Assembly: GCA_009937085.1 (NCBI GenBank)
Contig: JAACDD010000108.1
Coordinates: 1 to 34,300, forward strand
DNA: 34,300 nucleotides
Direction of reading: 5' to 3'
Source: Bacteroidota bacterium
GTDB lineage: Bacteria; Bacteroidota; Bacteroidia; Flavobacteriales; Flavobacteriaceae
Shown: piece after piece, positions 26,532 through 34,300 of the stretch
Position numbering within the stretch: the first letter of the stretch is position 1
Layout: every line of letters begins with the position of its first letter
The notes under the pieces: generated by a model
Databases searched by the model: none
Seen by the model: only the letters and a program-made list of their open reading frames with translations
What the model was told of the DNA's origin: nothing
Position numbers and translations under genes: made by a program

Positions 26532-27401
26532 TTAATTACGATTGTCTTGCCCCCACAAAAGTTTGTTGCGAAGCGTATCAAAAAAACTGTGGGTATTAGG
26601 ACGAATAAATACCATTGAATTTGCAGCTTTTTTTATACGGATGCTTGTTTGCATCGGAACTGAAACCAAGCGCGCGTCAAGTGACAGCAAGTGCGAATCG
26701 CCTCTTCCTTCAACGTGCATTTCTATTTCGACATCATCAGCCAAAACCAACGGGCGTGCATTCAGATTGTGAGGTGCAATTGGTGTAAGCACTAAACTCT
26801 TGCTATCGGGTGCAATAATAGGACCCCCACTACTCAACGAATATCCCGTTGAACCAGTTGGTGTAGCCAAAATCAAACCGTCAGCCCAGTAAACATTTAA
26901 ATATGCACCGTTTACTTTGGTGTGAATAGTAACCATAGAGGTGGTGTTTTCACGGGCAACAGAAACTTCATTTAAGGCTAATGGGAAAGCTTCTAATTCT
27001 GGATGTGGCGGATTGGTTTCTATCTCAAGAATACTGCGTTTTTCTGTGCTGTAATTATTTGTAATAATATCTAGCAAACACGCCTCTATTTCATCGGGTT
27101 GAACAGTGGCCAAAAACCCTAAACGCCCAGTATTGATTCCAATAAGTGGAATTTTTGATTCACGTACATAATTCAGTGCACGAAGTACAGTTCCATCGCC
27201 ACCAACAGCAAAAAAAACAGCTGTTTCTGCATCAATATCAAGATGCGATTCAAATGACGAGGACGTTATTTTTGGAAAGTGCGCAGATAGTGCTTTTTCG
27301 ATCTGAATGTCCACTTTTTTTTCTGAAAAAAAGTGGATAATTCTAGATACAATACGCAGTGTTGCATCGTCGTGAACTAAACTATATACCGCAATCTTCA
27401 T
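26532..27401 (-). CDS. nadK: NAD kinase
   Basis: Family motifs are the GGDGT motif (FFAVGGDGTVLRA), INTGRLGFL and TPTGSTGYSLSSGGPI. Confidence 0.92.
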   Translation of the reverse strand: MKIAVYSLVHDDATLRIVSRIIHFFSEKKVDIQIEKALSAHFPKITSSSFESHLDIDAETAVFFAVGGDGTVLRALNYVRESKIPLIGINTGRLGFLATVQPDEIEACLLDIITNNYSTEKRSILEIETNPPHPELEAFPLALNEVSVARENTTSMVTIHTKVNGAYLNVYWADGLILATPTGSTGYSLSSGGPIIAPDSKSLVLTPIAPHNLNARPLVLADDVEIEMHVEGRGDSHLLSLDARLVSVPMQTSIRIKKAANSMVFIRPNTHSFFDTLRNKLLWGQDNRN

Positions 27402-27475
27402 AGGGCAAAGTTAGACCAAAAAGAATAAAGATGTATAATGTTGTATTTTTGGACCCAAAACGTCTAAAAATTGCT

Positions 27476-28195
27476 ATGACAAAATTAAGTGTAAACATTA
27501 ATAAAATTGCCACATTGCGCAATGCACGTGGCGCAAATATGCCGAATGTGTTGCATGTTGCTCATGACATACAAGCGTTTGGAGCTCATGGGATTACAGT
27601 CCATCCAAGGCCCGATGAACGGCACATTACCTATAAAGATGTTCGTGAATTACCTGAAGTTATTACAACCGAATTTAACGTGGAGGGCAATCCAAATCCA
27701 AAATTTGTGGACTTAGTATGTGAGGTCAAGCCCGCACAGGTTACGCTTGTGCCGGATGCACCTGATGCCATTACTTCTAATGCAGGCTGGGATACGGTTG
27801 CAAATCGTTCGTTTTTGCAAGAAGTTATACAGGAATTTAAGCAACATGGTATCCGCACATCTATTTTCTTAGATCCAGATGTAGCGCAAGTCGAATCAGC
27901 AGTTGCTACTGGCGCAGACCGCATTGAACTCTACACGGAATCCTATGCTGAAAAATTCCCTAATAATCCAGAAAAAGCCATTGCACCTTTTGTAGCTGCT
28001 GCCCAAAAAGCCCAGGAAGTTGGACTAGGACTCAACGCTGGACACGATTTGAGTTTGGAGAACATTCAGTTTTTTGCACAAAAGATTCCAGGCCTATTGG
28101 AAGTTTCCATAGGTCATGCGTTGGTGTGTGAGTCGCTATACTACGGACTGGAAAATGTGATTAACCAATACATCGCAAAGCTATCGAGCCATTAG
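27476..28195 (+). CDS. pdxJ: Pyridoxine 5'-phosphate synthase
   Basis: MTKLSVNINKIATLRNARG is the canonical PdxJ N-terminus. HPRPDERHI and NAGHDL are also present. I prefer ATG 27476, which gives 239 aa. A TAttTTTG box at 27444-27451 lies inside the longer ORF that starts at 27431. Confidence 0.92.
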   Translation: MTKLSVNINKIATLRNARGANMPNVLHVAHDIQAFGAHGITVHPRPDERHITYKDVRELPEVITTEFNVEGNPNPKFVDLVCEVKPAQVTLVPDAPDAITSNAGWDTVANRSFLQEVIQEFKQHGIRTSIFLDPDVAQVESAVATGADRIELYTESYAEKFPNNPEKAIAPFVAAAQKAQEVGLGLNAGHDLSLENIQFFAQKIPGLLEVSIGHALVCESLYYGLENVINQYIAKLSSH

Positions 28196-28236
28196 TTCAC
28201 AGTACGATTACAGGGCAAGGCAAGCCATTACTGATT

Positions 28237-28953
28237 TTGCATGGATTTTTAGGAATGTCCGACAATTGGCGTACGCATGCCAAATACTGGTCTTCCCATT
28301 TTGAAGTCCACGCCATAGACCAACGAAATCACGGCAAAAGTTTTCACAGCAATTCATTTGACTACGAAATTCTGGCACAAGATATCGTTGCTTATATGGA
28401 ATCACACAAACTTGATAAAGCGATTGTTTTGGGGCACTCAATGGGCGGTAAAACGGCTATGACATTGGCATTGCAACACCCCGAACGTGTGCATAAACTC
28501 ATCGTCGCAGATATTGCACCAAAAGACTATAAAGTCCGTGAAAAGTTTTCCAATATTATCGCTGGGCTTTTACATTTAGATGCGCATACGTTTACTTCAA
28601 GAACGCTTGCTGATGATGCACTTTCCGCTTTTGTTCCCGAAGTTGGTGTGCGTCAGTTTTTACTCAAAAATTTAGCTTGGACAGAAGACCGGACGTTAAA
28701 ATTACGCTGCAATATTCAGGTGCTACAACACAAGTTGGGTGAAATCGGGGCCGCTCCTGTAGAGGCTATTTATGCAGGTGAAACGCTGTTTTTGGCAGGT
28801 GCAACTTCAGATTATATCCTAGAACAAGACTTTTCCAAAATCCAATTGTATTTTCCTAATGCAACGCTGAATTGGATACCAAATGCAGGACACTGGCTCC
28901 ATGCCGAAAACCCAAAAGCATTTACACTTGCATTACAGGATTTCTTAATCTAA
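28237..28953 (+). CDS. Alpha/beta hydrolase fold protein; annotated start is probably too short (see findings)
   Basis: It has the nucleophile elbow GHSMGG, the HG oxyanion motif (LHGFLGMSDNW) and a C-terminal NAGHWLHAENP histidine. The same frame is open from 28165 and encodes ...GQGKPLLILHG upstream of TTG 28237. Confidence 0.75.
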   Translation: MHGFLGMSDNWRTHAKYWSSHFEVHAIDQRNHGKSFHSNSFDYEILAQDIVAYMESHKLDKAIVLGHSMGGKTAMTLALQHPERVHKLIVADIAPKDYKVREKFSNIIAGLLHLDAHTFTSRTLADDALSAFVPEVGVRQFLLKNLAWTEDRTLKLRCNIQVLQHKLGEIGAAPVEAIYAGETLFLAGATSDYILEQDFSKIQLYFPNATLNWIPNAGHWLHAENPKAFTLALQDFLI

Positions 28954-28971
28954 AACCCTTGAAATCTTTGC

Positions 28972-29002
28972 TTTGACCTTGCTGTAAAATAGCCTACTTT
29001 TG
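28972..29002 (+). promoter_or_regulatory. Candidate Bacteroidota promoter (TTTG-N19-TActTTTG) for tig
   Basis: TTTG lies at 28972-28975 and TACTTTTG at 28995-29002, 17 nt upstream of the tig ATG. This is a consensus match only. Confidence 0.45.
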
Positions 29003-29019
29003 CCAGCTATTAAAATAAC

Positions 29020-30336
29020 ATGATGAACGTAACGCGAAAAGATGTAGATGCGCTAAATGCCGTCTTAACTGTCGAAGTAAAACAAGAAGAAGTTGCACCT
29101 CAGGTAGAAAAAGTGCTAAACGACTACCGTAAGCGCGCAAATATTCCAGGATTTAGAAAAGGGAATATTCCCATGAGTGTTGTAAAAAAGCAATACGGAC
29201 AGGCGGTTTTGGTAGATGAAGTTAACAAAGCATTGCAATCATCATTAAACGATTATTTAAACAAAGAAAAGCTAGATATTTTAGGGAATCCATTACCCGT
29301 CCCTGTAGACGAATTAGACTGGACTGCAGCGAGTTTTTCATTTGATTTTGAGTTGGGACTTACACCAAAAGTGGAGGTAAAACTCCCCAATAGAAAAGCC
29401 ATTACACGCTACGAAATTGAAGCCGATGACGCCTTTGTAAACGAGCAATTGGAACGCTTGCAAAAGCAATACGGCACAATTACACCAACCGAAGAAGTAT
29501 CGAAAGATACCGAATTCACAGTAAGTGTTGTGTTTGAAGGAGTAGAAGAAAACAAAAGCGCCACTTTTGCTGCCGATGAACTTAAAAGCAAAAAAGCTTT
29601 AACAGCATTCAAAAATGCGACTATTGGCGATGTTGTTTCGCTCAGCACAAAAGGATTATTTAAAGAGGACCATGTGTTGCAACGCGTTATGGGTAAATTG
29701 CCTGAGAAAGCACTAGAGCTTTCACTAACCTTGCAAGAACGCAACAACCGCGGATTGGCAGAGCTAGACCAAGAATTTTTCGATAAAGTATTTGGGAAAG
29801 ATGCCGTAAAAACAGCTACTGAATGCAAAGCCAAACTCAAAGAAGATGCTTCGGGGCACTTTGAAACACAAGCAAATCAGAAGTTTGTAAATGATATGAC
29901 AGAGAGTCTTATTGACAATACCAAGTTTTCATTACCAGATGCGTTTCTAAAAAAATGGATGCAAACTGCTGGTGAAAATCCCATTTCTGCAGAAGAAGCA
30001 GAGGCAGAGTATGAAAAGTCTGAGCGTGGCTTGCGTTACCAACTTATTGAGTCCAATTTGATTCAAGAAAACAGCCTTCAAATTACTAGAGAAGAAATAG
30101 AAACCTTTGCTAAGGATTTACTTCAAAAGCAAATGGTACAATTTGGTCGTACAGACGTTAAGGAAGAAGAACTCAATGATATTGCAGCTCGAATTTTGGG
30201 GAATCAAGAAGAAGTAAAACGCATTTCAGATCAGCTTATGAGTGAAAAAATGCGACAACTGTTTTTAGAAAAAGGTAATATCAAAGTTAAAAAAGTTAAC
30301 TACGACACCTTTATCAAAGAAGCGTACAAAAAATAA
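29020..30336 (+). CDS. tig: Trigger factor
   Basis: The 438-aa product has an N-terminal ribosome-binding domain with GFRKGNIPMSVVKKQYG (the GFRxGxxP signature). It lies immediately upstream of clpP-clpX, which is the classic synteny. Confidence 0.92.
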   Translation: MMNVTRKDVDALNAVLTVEVKQEEVAPQVEKVLNDYRKRANIPGFRKGNIPMSVVKKQYGQAVLVDEVNKALQSSLNDYLNKEKLDILGNPLPVPVDELDWTAASFSFDFELGLTPKVEVKLPNRKAITRYEIEADDAFVNEQLERLQKQYGTITPTEEVSKDTEFTVSVVFEGVEENKSATFAADELKSKKALTAFKNATIGDVVSLSTKGLFKEDHVLQRVMGKLPEKALELSLTLQERNNRGLAELDQEFFDKVFGKDAVKTATECKAKLKEDASGHFETQANQKFVNDMTESLIDNTKFSLPDAFLKKWMQTAGENPISAEEAEAEYEKSERGLRYQLIESNLIQENSLQITREEIETFAKDLLQKQMVQFGRTDVKEEELNDIAARILGNQEEVKRISDQLMSEKMRQLFLEKGNIKVKKVNYDTFIKEAYKK

Positions 30337-30365
30337 TCGCTATATTTAACATACAATTTTAAGCT

Positions 30366-31025
30366 ATGGATTTCGGAAAAGAATTTAAACAATACGCAAC
30401 CAAACATCACGGTATAAACTCGCTTTATTACAATGAACTTGTAAGCAGTTTAACCCCTTATATCATCGAGGAGCGTCAACTTAATGTGGCGCAAATGGAT
30501 GTGTTTTCTAGGTTGATGATGGATCGCATCATCTTTTTGGGAACTGCCATTAACGATAGTGTTGCGAATATTATTCAGGCGCAATTGCTCTTTTTGGAAA
30601 GCACAGACAAAAACAAAGACATTCAGATTTACATCAACTCGCCGGGCGGAAGCGTGTATGCCGGATTAGGTATTTACGATACCATGCAGTTTATCAATCC
30701 CGACGTAGCTACTATTTGTACCGGAATTGCGGCCTCAATGGGTGCTGTGTTGCTGTGTGCGGGTCAGGAAGGAAAGCGCTCTGGACTGCCACACTCGCGT
30801 GTGATGATTCACCAACCTCTAGGAGGCGCACAAGGACAAGCATCGGATATTGAAATTACGGCGCGTGAAATTCTAAAACTCAAAAAAGAATTGTACGAAA
30901 TCATTGCTAAACACAGTAATCAACCCTATGATAAGGTGTATGAAGATTCAGATCGTGATTATTGGATGAAAGCGCTAGAAGCCAAAGAATACGGCATGAT
31001 AGACGAGGTATTGACCAGAAGTTAA
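30366..31025 (+). CDS. clpP: ATP-dependent Clp protease proteolytic subunit
   Basis: Catalytic motifs are the Ser region TICTGIAASMGAVLL, the His in RVMIHQPLGG and the Asp in DSDRDYWM. Confidence 0.95.
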   Translation: MDFGKEFKQYATKHHGINSLYYNELVSSLTPYIIEERQLNVAQMDVFSRLMMDRIIFLGTAINDSVANIIQAQLLFLESTDKNKDIQIYINSPGGSVYAGLGIYDTMQFINPDVATICTGIAASMGAVLLCAGQEGKRSGLPHSRVMIHQPLGGAQGQASDIEITAREILKLKKELYEIIAKHSNQPYDKVYEDSDRDYWMKALEAKEYGMIDEVLTRS

Positions 31026-31026
31026 G

Positions 31027-32256
31027 ATGGAAGAAGAATTAAGTTGTTCGTTTTGTGGGCGTAAAAAAGCCGAAACCAAATTATTGGTGGCTGGACTCAA
31101 TGCGCATATTTGCGAGCGTTGTGTTGAACAAGCCGTTGGGATTATCCAAGAGGAAAAAACACACATTGACACAGCAACAACTTCTACTGATATTCTACTT
31201 AAAAAACCCAAACAGATTAAGGCGTTTTTGGACGAATATGTCATTGGACAAGAGCGCGCTAAAAAAGTACTTTCGGTTGCGGTGTATAACCACTACAAAC
31301 GGCTTACCCAATCCGATGACGACAACGACGTAGAAATCCAAAAAAGTAATATAATTATTGCCGGGCAAACAGGTACAGGGAAAACCCTTTTGGCAAAAAC
31401 CATTGCCAAAATGCTGCAAGTACCACTTGCCATCGTAGATGCCACCGTACTTACGGAAGCGGGTTATGTGGGCGAAGATGTAGAAAGCATTTTGACACGC
31501 TTACTACAAGCCGCCGACTACGACCAGCAAAAAGCCGAAAAGGGTATAGTATTTATTGATGAGATCGATAAAATTGCACGTAAAAGCGATAACCCTTCCA
31601 TTACCAGAGATGTTTCAGGTGAGGGTGTACAACAGGCATTGCTAAAACTCCTTGAAGGAACCGTAGTAAACGTCCCACCAAAAGGAGGACGCAAACACCC
31701 CGATCAGAAGTTTGTGGAAATCAACACGGAACATATTTTATTTATCGCTGGCGGTGCTTTTGACGGCATCGAACGTCATATTGCCAAACGCATGAACATG
31801 CAAGCGGTAGGCTATAGCACTTCGGCTAAGCGAGAGAGCGTTTCTGAAGAGGAATTGTTGGCACATATTACGCCATCTGATTTAAAAGATTTTGGATTGA
31901 TTCCGGAAATTATTGGGCGTTTGCCTGTATTGACGCACATGAACCAATTGAGCAAAAAAGCATTGCGCGCTATTTTGGTTGAGCCTAAAAATGCGTTGAT
32001 TAAGCAATACGAACATTTGTTTGCATTAGACGATATAACACTAACATTTGCTCCAGCTGCATTGGATTATATTGTGGAGCAAGCAATGCACTATGCCTTG
32101 GGCGCACGAGGGTTACGCTCCCTTTGTGAAGCCATACTTACAGACGCTATGTTTGAACTGCCAGGCACAAAAACCACCTCACTTAAAGTGACCAAACGCT
32201 ATGCCGAAAACAAACTTAGCGGTGTAGAGTTAAACCAGCTTAAAGCGGCTTCTTAG
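31027..32256 (+). CDS. clpX: ATP-dependent Clp protease ATP-binding subunit ClpX
   Basis: It has an N-terminal zinc finger (CSFCGR...CERC), Walker A GQTGTGKT, Walker [10 protein letters not shown] and the pore-loop GYVG. Confidence 0.96.
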   Translation: MEEELSCSFCGRKKAETKLLVAGLNAHICERCVEQAVGIIQEEKTHIDTATTSTDILLKKPKQIKAFLDEYVIGQERAKKVLSVAVYNHYKRLTQSDDDNDVEIQKSNIIIAGQTGTGKTLLAKTIAKMLQVPLAIVDATVLTEAGYVGEDVESILTRLLQAADYDQQKAEKGIVFIDEIDKIARKSDNPSITRDVSGEGVQQALLKLLEGTVVNVPPKGGRKHPDQKFVEINTEHILFIAGGAFDGIERHIAKRMNMQAVGYSTSAKRESVSEEELLAHITPSDLKDFGLIPEIIGRLPVLTHMNQLSKKALRAILVEPKNALIKQYEHLFALDDITLTFAPAALDYIVEQAMHYALGARGLRSLCEAILTDAMFELPGTKTTSLKVTKRYAENKLSGVELNQLKAAS

Positions 32257-32314
32257 TTTTTTTGTTATTTTAGCGTTGAACAAGCCCTAAATCTGTTCTT
32301 CAACTAAATATTTT

Positions 32315-32343
32315 CTACCGACTGGTAGACTTGCTTTTTTTTT
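32315..32343 (+). terminator. Weak candidate terminator after clpX
   Basis: A 5-bp stem ctacc / ggtag (32315-32319 and 32324-32328) is separated by a 6-nt spacer from a T9 run (32335-32343). The short stem and the spacer make this tentative. Confidence 0.3.
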
Positions 32344-32376
32344 AGGATTTTTTTGGGGTAACCTAAACCCAATAAA

Positions 32377-33270
32377 ATGAAATTATTTAAGGTTACAGTT
32401 GTACTAGTTACGTTATCAATTTTAATTAGCTGTGGAACTTCAAAAGGATATGTTGGTGATAAAATATCTACTAATGAATTGGCTATTTTAAATGGAAGCG
32501 TTAACTCCATAACTATAGATGGTAAAAAGCATAAAGAAAGAGTTTTTTTTGTTAAAGTAAATCAGAGGGAGGTTGGAAGTTACGGAAGAGGATGGCCTAA
32601 GAATTTAAAAGTTAAAGAAGGAAAAAATGAAATTGAAGTTAGGCATTTTAGGCCTTGGGAATATGATATAGGATACACTGGAGGAGGTGCAATTGGAGGT
32701 ATGCAAGCTGGACTTGATAATGAACGTACAATGAATCACCACCACTATATTTTGAAATTTGTTGCTAAACAAAATAACAATTATTTAATAAATATTAAAT
32801 CTGACCCTAGTGATTTTGAAAAGGTAAATATTTCGATTCTAAATGTAACAACCAATGAAGAAATTAATTTTGAGTCAGAAAAAAAGATAACCAATAGGGT
32901 TGTAAGTAGTATAAAATTCAATACAAACGCTAATATTGATGATTTGGGTAATGGTAATGTTTTAATATTTAATGGGGCTAATAGATCTTTAAATTTTTCA
33001 AATTCCAAGAGAGTAAGTGTATGGATTGATGATAAACTTGTTGGACATTTTGACCCTCAAGAATATTTAATACTAAGCCTTGAAAAACAGAACTATAATT
33101 TTAACCTTTTACATGTAGACTTTATGAACTTTGAAAGCGAACATAGCGTTGACATAGAAGACGAAACAAGAATAATTATGATAAAACCTACAGCTTTTTC
33201 AAATAAGCTACAGGTAACAAATGAACTCCCAAAGCATTTCGGAAAATTCAAAAAAGTCAAAGAAAAATAA
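32377..33270 (+). CDS. Hypothetical lipoprotein, two beta-rich modules (C-terminal one DUF2846-like)
   Basis: A lipobox-type signal peptide is present (MKLFKVTVVLVTLSILISCGTSKG). The DNA is very AT-rich (one 60-nt line counted about 22% GC). The C-terminal module VSVWIDDKLVGHFDPQEYLILSLEKQNYNFNLLH resembles DUF2846 by eye. Confidence 0.55.
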   Translation: MKLFKVTVVLVTLSILISCGTSKGYVGDKISTNELAILNGSVNSITIDGKKHKERVFFVKVNQREVGSYGRGWPKNLKVKEGKNEIEVRHFRPWEYDIGYTGGGAIGGMQAGLDNERTMNHHHYILKFVAKQNNNYLINIKSDPSDFEKVNISILNVTTNEEINFESEKKITNRVVSSIKFNTNANIDDLGNGNVLIFNGANRSLNFSNSKRVSVWIDDKLVGHFDPQEYLILSLEKQNYNFNLLHVDFMNFESEHSVDIEDETRIIMIKPTAFSNKLQVTNELPKHFGKFKKVKEK

Positions 33271-33349
33271 AACCCCCTTGATGAAAAGTTAAAAAGAGAA
33301 TATCAGAGCGAAAAAAACGAAATAAAATGAAACTGACAACACTAAGATT

Positions 33350-34132
33350 ATGGATTTAAAAATGTATCAAATAGATACTTTTACAGATACCCTTTTCAAA
33401 GGCAATGCTGCGGCTATTTGCCCTTTAGATAGTTGGATTAGTGATGACTTAATGATTAAAATTGCTGCCGAGAATAATTTATCAGAAACCGGATTTTTTG
33501 TTAAAGATAAAACCGAATATCAGATACGTTGGTTCACTCCTACTGTAGAAGTGGATTTATGTGGACACGCAACATTAGCGGCTGCCTTTGTACTATATAA
33601 TTATCTTGATTATGTTGGTGATACTATTATTTTTCAATCAAGAAGCGGTGAGTTACGTGTCCGTCAATCAGATGATTATTATGCATTGGATTTCCCAACA
33701 GATGATGTCAATCAAACAGACGTAACAAGCGAATTGACAACCCCATTTAATATAAAACCAATTGAGGCATTTAAAGGAAAGACGGATTATTTACTGCTTT
33801 TCGAGAATGAGGATATTATTAAAAACATGAATCCGGATTTGTTACAAATATCTAAAATCAAAGCACGAGGTATTATAGTGACAGCAAAAGGGTATAAATC
33901 TGATTTTGTAAGTCGCTTTTTTGCCCCACAATCAGGAATAGACGAAGACCCTGTTACGGGTTCGGCTCATACAACCTTAACCCCGTATTGGTCAAAAAAA
34001 CTGAATAAAAAAGAATTAACCGCAAGACAATTATCGAAAAGAGGAGGAGAATTAAAATGTGTATATAAAAATGAGCGCATTGAGATTTATGGAAAAGCAA
34101 TTACATATTTAATTGGAACTATAAGAATATAG
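33350..34132 (+). CDS. PhzF family isomerase-like protein
   Basis: Family features are [19 protein letters not shown], the ETGFF motif, the catalytic-region CGHATLAAA and [15 protein letters not shown]. The start is ATG 33350 or 33362. Confidence 0.85.
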   Translation: MDLKMYQIDTFTDTLFKGNAAAICPLDSWISDDLMIKIAAENNLSETGFFVKDKTEYQIRWFTPTVEVDLCGHATLAAAFVLYNYLDYVGDTIIFQSRSGELRVRQSDDYYALDFPTDDVNQTDVTSELTTPFNIKPIEAFKGKTDYLLLFENEDIIKNMNPDLLQISKIKARGIIVTAKGYKSDFVSRFFAPQSGIDEDPVTGSAHTTLTPYWSKKLNKKELTARQLSKRGGELKCVYKNERIEIYGKAITYLIGTIRI

Positions 34133-34197
34133 CTAACGTGAATACACAACTCAAATGGGTTGATAATACGAACTCTCTTGCTTTTCGTTTGTGTGTG

Positions 34198-34300
34198 ATG
34201 TTAAAAGAAGCTCGAAAAGAAGCAAACTTGACTCAAGAAGAACTTGCCCAAAAAACAGGCACGAAAAAAAGTTATATTTCTAGAATTGAAAGAGGACTAA
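34198..34300 (+). CDS. XRE-family helix-turn-helix transcriptional regulator, 3'-truncated by the window edge
   Basis: My own translation reads [34 protein letters not shown]..., the typical HTH_3/XRE signature. An in-frame GTG at 34138 is an alternative start. Confidence 0.55.
   Translation, partial: MLKEARKEANLTQEELAQKTGTKKSYISRIERGL

Noticed and set aside
1-34300. CRISPR arrays, large tandem repeats, rRNA genes and riboswitch leaders (lysine upstream of lysC, FMN upstream of ribF, Mg upstream of mgtE)
   Set aside because: No regularly spaced direct repeats are seen. lysC, ribF and mgtE each abut or overlap the preceding gene, which leaves no leader long enough for a riboswitch.

Overview
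This window looks like chromosomal core DNA from a Bacteroidota, probably Flavobacteriaceae, genome. Supporting signs are the uppS-bamA-ompH-ompH-murI synteny, DUF4286 and DUF6089 genes, an OlsF-type lipid synthase, TAnnTTTG-type -7 promoter boxes and tightly packed genes. Most of it is housekeeping: mfd, a GNAT gene, lysC, olsF-like, arsC-like, a 2-hydroxyacid dehydrogenase, mgtE, rsmA, serS, ribF, pth, rplY, prs, nfu, a gamma-carbonic-anhydrase-like gene, murI, two ompH/skp genes, bamA, uppS, nadK, pdxJ, an alpha/beta hydrolase, tig, clpP, clpX and a PhzF-family gene. I found no CRISPR array, transposase, integrase, recognisable defence operon or biosynthetic cluster.

Two small AT-rich accessory patches interrupt the core. 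The first (about 15.95-18.76 kb) is the most unusual. A 273-nt cassette holding only a small GIY-YIG (URI-domain) nuclease ORF sits between a relic copy of tRNA-Leu(CAA) nt 1-30, itself split by a perfect 20-nt palindrome, and the intact tRNA. This is followed by an AT-rich islet of orphan small ORFs bounded by near-identical terminator repeats. After that comes a DUF1566/Lcl-like secreted protein flanked by two copies of a 70-nt module that each end at a + strand terminator, which may be a small RNA or an att-like repeat. The second patch (32.26 kb to the window end) carries an orphan lipoprotein, the PhzF-family gene and the start of an XRE regulator. I cannot show that any of this is a complete new multi-gene system. 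The tRNA-embedded GIY-YIG cassette and the repeated 70-nt module are the best leads.
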